Source: Eledone cirrhosa (lineage: Eukaryota). From it: a stretch of DNA of 64,000 nt. This document shows positions 13,065 to 26,323 of this stretch, one piece after another. The first letter of the stretch is position 1. Every line of letters begins with the position of its first letter. The notes below the pieces were generated by a model. The model saw only the letters and a list, made by a program, of their open reading frames with translations, ran no database searches and was not told where the DNA came from. Location of the stretch: the NCBI GenBank assembly GCA_964016885.1, contig OZ024743.1, positions 230,764,001 to 230,828,000 of the forward strand, written 5' to 3'. The translations under genes were made by a program, and so were the position numbers.

Positions 13065-13290
13065 GGGCGATGGATTGGCAGTATGTGTAGAGGGTCGGAC
13101 GCCATGCTTTGCTGCATGGAGTTACGGCCCTTTATGATCTGAGTTCAAATACTACCGCCGAGGTTAACTTTGCCTTTCATCCTTACGGGGTCGATGAAAT
13201 AAAGTACCAGTCACGCATTGGAGTCAATTTCAGCGACTTTTCCCTCCACGAAAAATGGCTGGCTTGTGCCTATATAAGAAACCATTATAT
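13065..13290 (+). mobile_element. tRNA-derived SINE
   Basis: Same head, B-box and core as 13585-13775. Confidence 0.8.
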
Positions 13291-13584
13291 GTGTCTTCTT
13301 GTTCGTCTGTTCGTGTGTGTGTATGTTTGTCTGTGTGTAGGCATTATCATTGAATGATGCACTTTATATTAAATTACTTGCTGAATTCTGAAATCATTCT
13401 CCGTTTCACTCCTATCAACTCTATATCGCAAATCATCCATTGATTGAGGAAAATAAAATAAAAGCCTTAGTTTTAATATGGGGAACACATTTAATCATAT
13501 ATTTGATCAATCAGGCTGATATTGGTTTATATATTTATAAAAACAAAATGGTGTGAATTTTAGGAAATAGTTATGAACTCAAAT

Positions 13585-13775
13585 GGCGGTGAATTGGCAG
13601 TATCGGTAGAGGGTCGGACGCCATGCTTTGACGCATAGAGTTACGACCCTTGCCATTCTGAGTTCAAATCCCGCCGAGGTTAACTTTGCCTTTCATCCTT
13701 ACGGGGTCGATAAAATAAAGTACCAGTAATGTACCGGGTAATTGCTGGCCTTGTGCCAATAGTAGAAACAATTAT
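13585..13775 (+). mobile_element. Full-length tRNA-derived SINE with target-site duplication
   Basis: Head ggcggtgaattggcagtatcggtag, B-box gagttcaaatcc, core, and aattat tail. tatgaactca is duplicated on both sides. Confidence 0.9.
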
Positions 13776-14179
13776 ATGAACTCACGTTGAGGGAAATCAG
13801 TAAATATGTGTGCTTTGTTGCATATTCAAATGAGTTCCTGTTCTAAAAATATTTAGCACTTCTCTTTTGCAGAATTATAATCAGTGTTTAAAGCATTATT
13901 TAACAAAAAGTAGTAAAATCCCCAACATAAAGTATAATGGGCTGGAGAAAAATGAAAAATAGTTATATAAAAAACATATGCTTACTGAAATCGTAATTTT
14001 CAATATTTAAAACATAATTTAGCAAAAATTTAAAAAAAAAAGGTTTTAAAAAGAATGAAACAGTTCCTTTTAGATTTTTCATTTATTTTGTTTGTTTGTT
14101 TGTTTCGAGCATTGTGGGAGCAATGTTCCTTGTAGTGTAATTAGTATCCATCAGTTATTTATTTGGTTATATATCTCCA

Positions 14180-14345
14180 CTGAAGCAGGTGGAAACGTTC
14201 AAGTACATCGTGGCCGTGTTCAGGAGTGATGGAAGACAGGAGGCTGAATTAAGTGCAAGATTTGTAGGAGCTGGTATAGTAATGCGCCAGAAGTAGGGAG
14301 GTAGGTGTGAAATTAATGAAAATATGGATAAGAAGAAGAAGAAGA
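14180..14345 (+). mobile_element. RTE LINE fragment
   Basis: Similar to 2330-2460 (gtgatggaag..gaggctgaattaag..gtaatgcgccag). Confidence 0.6.
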
Positions 14346-14549
14346 ATGAAGTGGAAGAGGAGAAATGTCACCACTTGATATTTAAATATTGAATGTTTAG
14401 TTAGACCTTTATCCATTTAATATAGTTTTCTTGAGCTACTTGCTTTTTATGATATTCTTTTTTTATTTCTTCACATTTATTTTTAATTTATGTATTTTTG
14501 GCTACTTTTTTGTTATCCTACTATCTAATTTATATTTCAATCTTGCTGT

Positions 14550-15640
14550 TCATTTTTAAAAAATAATATTCCAGTTGCAGGAAATCTTCTTATATCCTCA
14601 TCATTAATCCCAGGATACTTAATTTTGCCGAAAATACTTTTAGTTGTTGATATCTTTCCTTCAAATGTATCATTAGATCTTGAACATTTGCATCTACTAA
14701 TAAGAAATATAAGACTTCCACCTGCTGGGTTATAAATGTTTTAAAGTCCTATGTTATGCTTGTGTTTTCGTTTTGCTTAACTGATTTGTACATTTTTTTA
14801 CTCTTATTTACAGGTTATAGTCAATGCATGCATCTGACCCCGGAAAATGTCGAGTTTAAGCTGAATTCATCCATAGTTATTTGATATATTTGGAGGAGGG
14901 GAATAAAAGTGATCTCGTTATTCGATATCTCTAAGGCTAAAGAACATACTATTGTTCTTGACGATTTATGCTGATGCATGATGTTTCCTATAATTAGATT
15001 ATGTTAGTTTGCAAATTCTTACTCCATGTTATAGGTATTTTTTCAATCCATATTTACCGACTGTTTCCTTCTAAATTATCATACGCATCTGATCTAATTT
15101 TTGGATGTCAATTTGGTTTTGTGAACTAATAGTTGTGTTGTTTTTTCTTGATTATTATAGAAATTGTCTAGTTCTTCATCATTAAAATCGATAGCTGATG
15201 CATAAATGCGTGTCATTAAGATGTTGCGTGCTTCAGCTCTAAGCAATTTATTACTGACATTACCGCAGAAATAAATCTAGTCTTCTGCTCCTTGAAACCT
15301 GCACTATATGTATATTTTTCTTCCTGCTTAAGCATATGTTCTGGCTATTATTTGTCATGAATTCTTCACAATTTGTCTGTTTTGTTTCATCAATCATTGT
15401 CAGATTCCATGACGAAATTACTATGTTATAACATGTACATTTTTTACCAATTGATAAAGCGTCTGTATACTTCAAGTTTCAATCATATAGGAATTTTTAC
15501 ACCGTGTCAAGATTTTGCTTGTTTCTATAGCATGTTTATAAATACCAGGGATAGAAATGACAATAAAGGACGCAATCTGTTTGATGCTGGGTTCTGAGAA
15601 ATCTACTATGGTGTTTCATCATGACTGTATCCCTCATGAT
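14550..15640 (-). pseudogene. Heavily decayed RLE-type (R4/R2-like) LINE fragment
   Basis: Only scattered motif remnants are readable and the frames are broken. Confidence 0.4.
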
Positions 15641-15789
15641 ATCATATTGTAATAGTCACATTTGAATTTTCTTTGATGAGATTTTACCTTCTGACAGTGT
15701 TTTGTTTTGTTTTTATTATACATCCCTAGTTACACACCATCTTCAAAAGGTAAAATGAATGGGAATAGTCCGTAAACATGAGGTCATGA

Positions 15790-15983
15790 AACAACTTATA
15801 GCTTCAGTATCGAGTAGAAGTGCCTACCAGAAATAATACCTGGGAACAACAATAATTCTAAGAAAGGTGTTGGAAAGTTGAAGTTGAAGGAATGACCCAA
15901 AATACCTTTGGACTTTGGCTATGACTCACTCTTTAGTGTCGGTATATCATCTGCCAGAACAAAAGCATTACGAATAATAATAA
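15790..15983 (+). mobile_element. R4/Dong-like 3' end
   Basis: LGTTIILRKVLES followed by a stop, a 3' UTR and a (TAA)n tail. Confidence 0.6.
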
Positions 15984-16300
15984 TTGTTTCTACTTTTGGC
16001 ACAAGGCCAGCAATTACCTAGTGCATTACATGTACTTTATTTTATCGACCCCGTAAAGATGAAAGGCAAGGTTAACCTTGGCGGGATTTGAAATCGGAAT
16101 GACAGGGCCGTAATTCTATGCGTCAAATCATGGCATCCGAAATAATAATAATTGTTTCTAATTTAGACACAAGGCCAGCAATTTGAAGAGGAGGGGAATG
16201 TTGATTAAATCGACCCCTTTTCATTACTGGTGCTTTAATCTATCGACACCGTGAGGATGAAAGGCAAATCTAACATCGGCGTTATTTGAAGTCCGAAAAT
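15978..16300 (-). mobile_element. Two tRNA-SINE copies
   Basis: Reverse complement of the SINE core and tail, present twice. Confidence 0.8.
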
Positions 16301-17071
16301 ATATTTACCTTGTTTAGTCGAGCCCCTTCTATTCGGAAGGAAGCAGGCAATTCATCAGTCATTGTGAGCCTACACAGCTGGGATGGACATATAAATGTCT
16401 CATTCGTCTAATAGGAATTTACAACCTCAGGTATTTTGATTACGACGGGGAATAATCCAATTGTTTGAAAAAACCCCAGCTAAACCACGAAAGGAGAATG
16501 AACGTGACTAAGCATTCCACAGATATGAGCAACCTTAACGTACTTCTAAATTTTTTTAGTGTCATGGTCTCTTAAAATTACAGATTCAGCGTACTTTTGA
16601 AAGCTGAAAGAACAAGACTAACGTAAAATCAATAGCACAAACGCAGCGGGACATCTAACTCTCGAACATACAATTGTGAGCGGAATGTCCCAACCACGGA
16701 GACACGAGCCGTCAAACAGCCACAAGCAGTAGAACGAGTAAATCTTCGTTAATATGTTCCATCCACACAAACCATCGCAGCATATATTATTCAAAGCAAA
16801 GTTGACTAGGATTCCAAGTGATAAGTCGAATATCGGACATCATTTCGGGTGAAAGTACAATTTATTACTCAACTATCCTTTGTCTCAATCGAAATACTAT
16901 GTAGGAAGACATGAATTGAAATTTCCGGTGAAACTTTGAAACCGTGTGAAATGATTCAGAAAGAAGCGATACAAACTTGAGAAAATATGGTAAACTACAG
17001 ATCCCCTTAACTTTTAGCTTTGTCGTTGAAATCTTTTAGTGTTCTATATACATATACATACATACACACAA

Positions 17072-17132
<61 letters not shown>

Positions 17133-17177
17133 AAGTTAAATAAAAAGTCAAATGTTTAAAATTTAGCTTCGTTTATT

Positions 17178-17232
17178 ACTGCTATATATATTTCAGTGAC
17201 AGCCATCTTTGGCTGTGACCTCTTCAGGCAGT
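17178..17232 (-). ncRNA. Type I hammerhead ribozyme (family D)
   Basis: Reverse complement of 17367-17421. Confidence 0.85.
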
Positions 17233-17366
17233 CCGAATTAATGTAATATAGACAAGTACATATGTTGTTGAGGTGTATAATTTTGTCAATACTCTGATAT
17301 GCCCAGGTCCTGGTTGGGTTGTTATTTCACTGATTCCAGTTACTTGTCTATACCACACTAATTCGG

Positions 17367-17421
17367 ACTGCCTGAAGAGGTCACAGCCAAAGATGGCTGT
17401 CACTGAAATATATATAGCAGT
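17367..17421 (+). ncRNA. Type I hammerhead ribozyme (family D)
   Basis: Stem I ACTGC/GCAGT; CTGAAGA; stem II GG..ACAGCCA-AAGA-TGGCTGT..CT; GAAA; palindromic TA stem III; AUA triplet. Confidence 0.87.
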
Positions 17422-17568
17422 AATAAACGAAGCTAAATTTTAAATATTTGACTTTTTATTTAACTTTATTTTACATTACGCCGGAGTAACCAAACCAACC
17501 TGCGCACTTCGTCGAGTGCTCCAGCTTGCATACTGAGGTGTTGGTATACAACCAACATATACTCAAAA

Positions 17569-17636
<68 letters not shown>

Positions 17637-17638
<2 letters not shown>

Positions 17639-17742
17639 AAAATGTTTGACCCCGACGGCAGAGCTCAAGACATTTTGATGGCAATTTCTGGAAATAGCCA
17701 TCGAAACGGCTTGAGCTCTGCCGTCGGGGTCCTGAACCTTTT

Positions 17743-17744
<2 letters not shown>
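17637..17744. repeat. ~110 bp hairpin-forming mini insertion between (TA)n tracts
   Basis: Arms gaccccgacggcagagctcaag / cttgagctctgccgtcggggtc. Relatives at 55903-56015 and 22275-22325. Confidence 0.8.
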
Positions 17745-17794
<50 letters not shown>

Positions 17795-17943
17795 TATATG
17801 TGTGTGTGTGTATGTGTGTGGTCTGTATAAATATGTATGTATATATAAATATTTGTATATATGCACTTATAACTCCTTTCAGTCAATTGACTACGGCCAC
17901 CCATACACAAATACATACATATATGCTTACATATATATATATA

Positions 17944-17988
<45 letters not shown>

Positions 17989-19701
17989 TTAAAATATATA
18001 AAATGACCCTTTGATTACTTTTTATATGGGAGGAGGGCGATACAAATGAATGGAAAACAAAATAAAAGAATAGGTAGTGTAAAAATATACAAGTAAAATA
18101 ATGAAATAAAACATATCAACAGCGTGTTAATTTAGAAAATCACTTTATAAAAGGAATTTCTTTTGACAATTCTGAAATGGTTTGTATTTAATTAGGATAT
18201 ACTTTGTTGGAATACGGCAAGACACAATGCACAAACATGAAATTGAATTACGAAGTAGTACGTTATTGAGAGAACATTTCACACACTAACACCAATACTA
18301 CAACAATTTCTTGCTATATCCCTCTCATCTTTACTATCATCATCACCATACTCCTGCTCCAACCCCCTCCCCCTACACATCATCATCAACATCATCAACA
18401 TCATCCTCATCTTCAACATCATCCTTCTCCTCCTCATCATCATCATTGTCATCGTCATCACCACCTAACACTGATATCAACAATAACATTATTAGGAGTC
18501 TACCACGAACTGAAACCAATACAACAGGAAAGAAAGAAAAATTCGATAATTAATAAACAAATAATAAATAAGTAAATAAACAATAAATAAATAAGCAATT
18601 CTTTAAAGACAATTATGTTGCTGCAAACAAAGTAAGGGAGAAAAAGATATAGGAAGACAATTCACAGATTTTCTTTCGGATAATAGAACAGAGCGAAATG
18701 GTGGGCGTGAGAGGAAGAGAGCGTTGGAGGAAAGATAGATCGGCGAGAAAGAAGAGTGAGAAAAACATTTCTTTAAATCTCAAATTTTTGGTTGTTCATT
18801 TGTTTTGATTTTTTTTTTTGTTGTTATTTTGTGATAATGTCCGTTTTTTTAGATATATATTTTTTCTCTTGTTACTTTCATATTTCTTTTCTTTTGTAAT
18901 TTAAAAGCTAATTTGTAAAACCATTTTCACCTGGGGATTTATTAATTTACGATAGAATTTACTAATAGATAGAAAGAGATAAACATAACGTATGTGAGTT
19001 TGAATAGAGACAGTTAAAGGCAGGCGAGAGGGAGCGGGATATGAAAAAAAGATGGAGGTTATGTAAGACGCAGAAGAAGGAATGTGAAAGATGTTTAGAA
19101 TGGTAGAGAGAGGGAGGAAGAGAGAGAAAGAGAGGAGCAGGGAAGCAAAAAGATAAAGAAATACATAAAGAAAGAAAGAAAGAAAGAAAGGAAGGAATGA
19201 AAGAGGACAAATGTAAAATAGAGAGAGAGAAAGAGTAATAATGAGGTACAAATAAGGAAAAAGAAACTGAAAAATAAAATACAAAAAGTTAGCTTAAATT
19301 GGAAATTTCTCATTTAATTTTAAATTGCCTCGTAACTGTAATTTTTCTCAACTTTGTCAATTCGAACTTCTAAACACTATACATCTACTCCGACCTCATC
19401 ATTCACCTCATACTACTGCTTTATTTAGCACTATAGATTTCAGATAAAATTTCAACCTACAGAAATTAATGTGTGTAAGCACAACACGCACACGTTTGCA
19501 CACACACACATAGTCATACAGACACACATACACACACAGATACTCACACAGACACAAACACACACAGAGACAAACAGATACTCACACACACAAACACACA
19601 CAGACACAGACACAGACATACATACCCACACACACCCACATACACATGCACACATATATATATGTATATATTTATATATGTATATATATATGTATTATAT
19701 A

Positions 19702-19749
<48 letters not shown>

Positions 19750-19939
19750 TATACAATTATACTAAGATCGCACCAAGTCTCATTAACAGAAAATGGCTAT
19801 ATATATTGCAAAAGAGGAAAAATATAGTTGTATGTATATATATATATATATATATACGTTGTTCCGGGTTGAATCGGAGGTAACCACAGTAAGTAAAGTA
19901 CTCAATACATTGCAGAGTATAACAGTTTTAATATAGATG

Positions 19940-19990
19940 AGATTCTACAGGACTAGAACTGTTTCATTCTTTAGAAATCATCAGGAATCT
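19940..19990 (-). ncRNA. Type I hammerhead ribozyme (family E)
   Basis: Reverse complement of 20016-20066. Confidence 0.75.
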
Positions 19991-20015
19991 GGGTATCAAA
20001 AAATGTTTGATACCC

Positions 20016-20066
20016 AGATTCCTGATGATTTCTAAAGAATGAAACAGTTCTAGTCCTGTAGAATCT
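20016..20066 (+). ncRNA. Type I hammerhead ribozyme (family E)
   Basis: Stem I AGATTC/GAATCT; CTGATGA; short stem II TTC/GAA with a T-T closing mismatch; GAAA; stem III ACAG/CTGT; GUA triplet. Confidence 0.75.
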
Positions 20067-21078
20067 CATCTATATTAAAACTATATATATATATATATAT
20101 ATATATACATTGGCAATGTATTTGCACTTAGGCAGCACTAGTCGAAAAAAGAAACAACAGCAGAAGAGGTCCCTATACACGCGAATGCGAAAAAACAATC
20201 ATTTGCATCAGGGTGTACTCAATTACAACATTAGAGGTGAATAATAATTAAAAAAATCTGACCTTATGTATAATAATTACTAAAGATAACAACAGCAACA
20301 ACACCGAATACTAAAGTAAGGAAAGTGTGTATCTTATATAAATCATAAACGTTTCTGATACTCCATTATCTGTAAAGTTATACGTATCGATTGTGTACGC
20401 GCAAACTGTAAGTGTACCTAATAATGTATTCCATAAGTTATTTGATCTGGCAGCATCGTCTTCAGTTGGTACTCATTCCAACTTCCAGCAAGCAACCCAG
20501 TAACCGGCATACCATAGTAGTTCTACAGTCGGCCTACAGTATCACATAACTTTGTAAAGATCGGTCAGTTAGCACAGTTGAAGCAGGAATTCTTGGTGTC
20601 AATTAAACAAAAAATTTATCTGAGACTTCAAATGTAGCTCTTAACAAGGCTAAAAGCATAATAATTATAGCAGTGCATTGGAGTTGTATTTGCAGTAAGA
20701 CAGCAAATGCCGAAAAAGTTTGAGGCTTACCTTATACACATGATGATGTAAGGAATGAGTTTTGGGCCTCAGAGTGGACTCAATTATCATATTAGAGGGG
20801 GAGAGATTATATAAAATTCTGACCACACGTATGCCAATTACAAAAGATAAATAAGGAATATGAAAGGGAAGATAATTTGTATTTTCCCCGCATCGTAACA
20901 GTTCCAATGCACCTGTTGTGTAAGCAGATGTTACGATTGTGCTTCCGCAATACTGTATATATATAGCTGATATGCTCCAAGTTACAAGTAAGACTGTTAT
21001 TCAATTTAGAGGCCTATACTTAAGAAAAGAAGGGTGTATTTGTTATATGTTTATATACATACATATATATATACAAAA

Positions 21079-21109
<31 letters not shown>

Positions 21110-21431
21110 GAGGTGTGTATGTGTATATACATACATATATATATACATATATGTGTGTGTGTGAGGTGTGTGTGTGTGTAAATGTAATCTGAGTTTTTCG
21201 AATACTAATAATAATATTCGATACGTTTGCAATTAAGCAAACAGACTATTTTATAAGCCATGCCAGTAGAATGAGCCCCTCATGATATATATATATACAT
21301 ATATATATATAAAATACAATATGTTGAGAAGGTAACACACCAGAGAGAGATATATAGTGCGTTATCAATAATACAGGGAAAAACCACCAGTGTATGGAAT
21401 CTATAACCTATGAAAGGCATAATTTATCGTG

Positions 21432-21521
<90 letters not shown>

Positions 21522-22326
21522 ATGTAGGCTGAACATTTCATAGGCTGACCTATATAATCTCACGTAATGTGACCAAAGAAGATTTATTTTTCTAAATGGT
21601 CCACTTTGCAGTTCACACACTTCTTCCACCCGTGCTGCAGTGTTTGAATCCCATTGGTGAAGAATCTTCCATACTGTTAGTCAAATAAGTTATCAACAGC
21701 TGATAAGACGTCATAATATTGCGATACTTGTTGCCAGCTATGTGGTTTTTTTCGTAATTTGGAACAGATGATAGGCAGATGGGCTCTAATCAGGAGACTA
21801 CAAAGAATCATCAACCAGTTCAAAGTCACAGTCACGCACTACAACCATTTCGATTAAGGTCTTGTTTGCTGGGGCATGGTTCTGAGGAAACAAGACAACT
21901 TTTGTCAATTTTCCTAGGCGTTTGGTCTTGATAGTCTTTCTTAATTGCCTCATTGAGATGGCAGAATACTTTCAATTGATGGTGTAGCCCTTTTGCTATT
22001 AATCAATACACACAATGCTTTGTGTAACCCCCCCCCCCCCCCCCGCGCCATCCATCCACCATCACCGCTGATTAAATGACCTTGGCTTACTTTGGACCAA
22101 GTGAGGAGAGGTGCTTCCGCTCCATAGATTGTCAGCTGTCTTGGATTCAAAGTGATGAACACAATACTCAACTAAGGTTTGGAAACGTTCAAGGAAATCA
22201 GCTGCATCTTGCTGAAATAGTATCACATTTTTCCGTGATGTCATCAAGTGATCAACCTGATCAACTTAGTTCGGAGCTAGCTGTCGAAACGGCTGGAGAT
22301 CAGCCACCGGGGTCCTGACTAGTTCG

Positions 22327-22387
<61 letters not shown>

Positions 22388-22438
22388 TTGTTATATATAC
22401 ATGTATATATACATATATATATACATATATATATACAC

Positions 22439-22485
<47 letters not shown>

Positions 22486-22585
22486 AATGAAGTAATTCCG
22501 TCGGAAAAGTCCAGGAAAAAAGAGTGCTCTATGTAAGCAACAGAGCTTAATTATTATTATGTAATAAACAACATAAGGCAATTAT

Positions 22586-22643
22586 TCCATTTACCAGTGG
22601 TTTCTTAAAAGCAAAAGGTTTTGCTTTCAATCCTCAGAATGAA
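22586..22643 (-). ncRNA. Type I hammerhead ribozyme in the Nematis-like pLTR
   Basis: Stem I TTCATT/AATGGA; CTGAGGA; stem II TTGAAAGCAAAA/TTTTGCTTTTAA; GAAA; stem III ACCA-c-TGGT; GUA triplet. Confidence 0.85.
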
Positions 22644-22770
22644 AAAATCCTTTTATACAGCTCCAACCGGGATTGACTGTAGCATATTCAATATTACATA
22701 TATGATTGGCACTTTCCAGCCCGATTAGTTGAGCACTCTACAGTTTTCAGGAATTTAACCAGCATACACC

Positions 22771-23403
22771 ATGGACCTTTATGATTTGGATTATTCAATC
22801 AAAAATATACCCACTCCTTCCAACACAACTTACACCAAAATCCTCATAGACAAAATCGAACATGTCGTTAAAAGAATGAGATGGAAGGCAATAGATTACG
22901 ACGGACTATTCAGGGCTGATACTAAAGATTGTTTTGACATCAAATCTCGTAAATATCCACCTAGAATTAAAGACATGGCCAGCTTCGAATTAGACCTCGT
23001 TAATCTAATTAATGATATCAAGTTTCGTAAGTACAATAATAACTTTCAAACCAAACTTTTTAACGATATTTCTGATTTTAGAAATTCTACAAACACTTTC
23101 GTTCTTTCTAATAAAACTAAAAACCTCTTTGAAGTTAATGGTACTTTGTATAACCAACTTTTAACTAATAGTATTACCAATAAATATCAATTAACTAATA
23201 ATAATACCTACAATACTATCAATAAAGAAGCTAAAGAACTAGCTAGTTCTTTACAAATAGATAACCGGATTGAAAGCTTAGCTAAGAGTAAAGCATATAT
23301 TACCTTTAAAGACCATAAATTGGACTTTACTAATCGACCTAGTTGTAGATTGATTAACCCGGCTAAATCCGAGGTTGGCCTTGTAAGTAAGAATATCTTA
23401 AGA
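22771..23403 (+). pseudogene. PLE ORF N-terminal region, truncated before the RT core
   Basis: The 230 aa ORF matches PLE N-termini up to SKNIL, then reads into a SINE head. Confidence 0.85.
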
Positions 23404-23460
23404 AACTATGCTGGAAAGCATGGCGTCCGACCCTCTACCGACACTGCCAATCCACCGCCC
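23404..23460 (-). mobile_element. 5' head (57 bp) of the tRNA-SINE embedded in the PLE
   Basis: aactatgctggaaagcatggcgtccgaccctctaccgacactgccaatccaccgcc is nearly identical to 50617-50672. Confidence 0.9.
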
Positions 23461-23746
23461 TAGACATTTTTAATAATGCCACCCCTTATTATAATAAAGC
23501 CCTTAAGAACAGCGGTTTTACAGAAAACATTTCTTATTCACCTACTCCCCCCCCCCCCGTAAAACTAACCACAATAACAGGAAAAGGAAGATTATTTGGT
23601 TCACACCCCCCTTCTCTCTAACTGTCAAAACTAATGTAGGAAGGAAATTCCTTGAACTATTAGACAAACATTTTCCTCCTAATCATAGATATTATAAGAT
23701 ATTTAATAGGAACGTAGTCAAGATCAGCTACTCTTGTTGCCCATCT

Positions 23747-24208
23747 ATGAAGTCCAAAATCACCAGCTCAAACCGGACGAGAATAAATCCAGGATGCAGT
23801 TGCAGGAAGCCGGACGAATGCCCATTGCAGGGTAGATGTAACACTAAATCTGTCGTTTATGAGGCTACGATAACACCAGTAATCAACAACCAGCCAGCCA
23901 GGAGTGAGCGATATGTCGGTATGACCCAGGACAGGTTTAAAACCAGATTTTACTCACATGTCGCTTCCTTTAAGCACTCCGATAAACGTACATCAACGGC
24001 CCTCGCAAGTAAGGTGTGGGAACTCAAGGATAGTAACATCCCGTACTCTATTGATTGGTCTATATTAGACCATTCGAGGGAGTACCAAAGGGGCACAAAG
24101 AATTGTTCTTTGTGTACCACAGAAAAGTATAGGATTTTGCTAAACTTGAGAGACACTTCCGCTTGCCTTAATTCAAAGACTGAGATCTCAGATGCTGTCC
24201 TCATCTGA
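23747..24208 (+). pseudogene. PLE GIY-YIG endonuclease domain
   Basis: CSCR..CPLQGRC..VVYEATI..YVGMTQDRFKTRFYSH..CSLCTTEK..LNSKTE. Confidence 0.9.
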
Positions 24209-24467
24209 GACCGCACCTGATCTGTAACTGGATTGACACTCCTATGAGAAATCAACCGCCTTGACTTTTGCTACGGTTTTTATTTTACTGTTTCTACGTT
24301 CTGTACTCTTGTATATTTACATTTATTATATATTTTTTCTCCCTTACCTCCCCTTATATTTTACCTTCTCCTATGAGCCCCCCCCCCTACCCCCCACATA
24401 TATTCTTTTTGCCTTGCCCTCCACATACCTATGTGTATGTGTATGTATATTTGTGTGTATATATGTA

Positions 24468-24498
<31 letters not shown>

Positions 24499-24642
24499 AT
24501 ATAGATATATGTGTGTATGTGTATGTGTGTATGTATATATGTTTATACGTATGTGTGTGTGTGCCTGTGTGTATGTATTTATATATGTATGTATTTGTGT
24601 GTGTGTGTATATATGTGTATGTGTGGATAAGCCAGGTTTCTC

Positions 24643-24703
24643 TCATTCTGAAGATTGTAGGAACATTTTTTTTTTTGCTTTTAAGAAACCCTTGGTAAAT
24701 GGA
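24643..24703 (+). ncRNA. Hammerhead ribozyme in the 3' pLTR (stem II degraded)
   Basis: TCATT CTGAAGA ... GAAACCCTTGGTA AATGG. Confidence 0.65.
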
Positions 24704-24739
24704 ATAATTGCCTTATGTTGCTTTAATACTTTACTACTA

Positions 24740-24872
24740 TATATACGTATATGTAAGGTCCTTATGATTTATCTAAGATTGAGTTTTACATACACACACG
24801 CATATGCGTGTGTGTATGCGTATGCATGTGTGTGTGCGTGTTTGTGTATGTGTGTATATGTGTATATGCATG

Positions 24873-24931
<59 letters not shown>

Positions 24932-25412
24932 ATATGTGTGTGTGTACATATGTGCGTGTGTATATATTGATAATTGTATGTGTGTGTGTGTGTGTGTGTT
25001 TGTGTTCTGTTGTGCGTGTATGATATATACGTATTTGTATGTGTATAATTGTTTAGCTATGTATGTAATTGTGTGTGTATGTGTACGTGTATATATATGT
25101 GTGTGTGTACGTTTGTATTTATGTATATATATGTGTGTATATGTATGCATATATGTGTGTGTGTGCATATAGTTGTATACACATGTGTGTGTGTATAGAT
25201 TGTACAACTGTGCGTGGTTATGCATGTATGCGTATGTATGCGTTTATGTATTTGTATTTGACATTTTTTTATGTGTGAGAGTGTGTGAATGCGTTGACTA
25301 TTTCGTGCGTATGTATATGTGCTTTTGTGTGTGTTTCTTACCACGCTTGTCTGTCCAGTTTTCTGCCTTATGTAACGGTCTCAATATTATATAATATATA
25401 TATATATAATAT

Positions 25413-25447
<35 letters not shown>

Positions 25448-25557
25448 TTTCTTTTTTCTTATATTTATTTGCGTGTGTGAATATGTAGAGGAGTGCATTT
25501 ATGTATGTGTATGCATGTACGTGTGTATATATGTTTGATTGTGTGAATGTATGTATG

Positions 25558-25604
<47 letters not shown>

Positions 25605-25830
25605 GTGTGGGTATGGCTATGTGTATGTATGTGTATGCGTGTACACACGCGCAGATATATATATATATATGTATATATATGCGTGTATATATATGTGTGT
25701 GTGTGTGTATGTGTGTGTATATATGCATGTGTGTGTGTGTATGTGTGTGTGCGTATATATATATATGTATGCGTGTGTGTGTGTAGATATGTTTGTGTGC
25801 GTGTGTGTGTGTGTGTGTGTGTATGAATGT
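24740..25830. repeat. Long cryptic (TG/TA) microsatellite expanse
   Basis: Directly visible. Confidence 0.95.
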
Positions 25831-26245
25831 TTGTATATGTTTGTTTTTTCAGAGGAACAAAGGCAGACAGATTTCTGTGTTCAGATTGGAGCCAATCCTT
25901 ATCATTAGGTTTCACTTTAGCTTACAGGTGTCTGTAAGATCAGTATGGGGTCAGTCATGGTAGATAGATTTGGAGGAAGGGGAGATTCCTTAAAAGCTAA
26001 ATTCTTAAAGGTTCTAGTAAATTGACGAAGGTTTAGGGAATTCTGTAGACAATTTCTAAGTATAATCTATACAACTGTAGCCATAAATTCACGAGACACT
26101 TTCAACAGAACATACCCACTCATACACTCGCGCGCACCCATGGGCGCGCGTACGCATGCGCGTATGCGCGCATGCACGCACACACATGTGTATGGGGGAA
26201 ATATATTTATATTTGTATACGCGTGCGTGCGTGCGCGCATAAACA

Positions 26246-26298
<53 letters not shown>

Positions 26299-26323
26299 AT
26301 GTATGTGTTTGTATACATATACA

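Larger units (their letters stand above)
17130..17470. mobile_element. Family D HHR element, ~130 bp inverted pair beside (TA)n
   Basis: 17130-17258 is the reverse complement of 17341-17470. Confidence 0.85.
19857..20083. mobile_element. Family E HHR element, asymmetric inverted pair within (TA)n
   Basis: ~19924-20000 is the reverse complement of ~20006-20082, and the left arm extends further 3'. Confidence 0.85.
22495..24735 (+). mobile_element. Penelope-like element (Nematis-like) with inverted 5' pLTR, deleted RT core and 3' pLTR
   Basis: YSIKNIPTP..KRMRWKA..KDHK..RLINPAKSEVG; RKRKIIWFTPPFS; GIY-YIG domain. pLTR copies at 22545-22650 (-), 24630-24730 (+) and 26615-26715 (+). Clade name from motif recall. 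Confidence 0.85.

Noticed and set aside
20665-20907. Minus-strand ORF containing a good splice donor (AAG/GTAAGC)
   Set aside because: No convincing acceptor or recognisable protein similarity; a host exon cannot be supported without RNA-seq.
25858-25915. Minus-strand CTAATGA..GGATTGG/CCAATCT..ACAGA/TCTGT-C motif
   Set aside because: HHR-like, but both core segments are mutated and stem I is poor; at most a dead relic.
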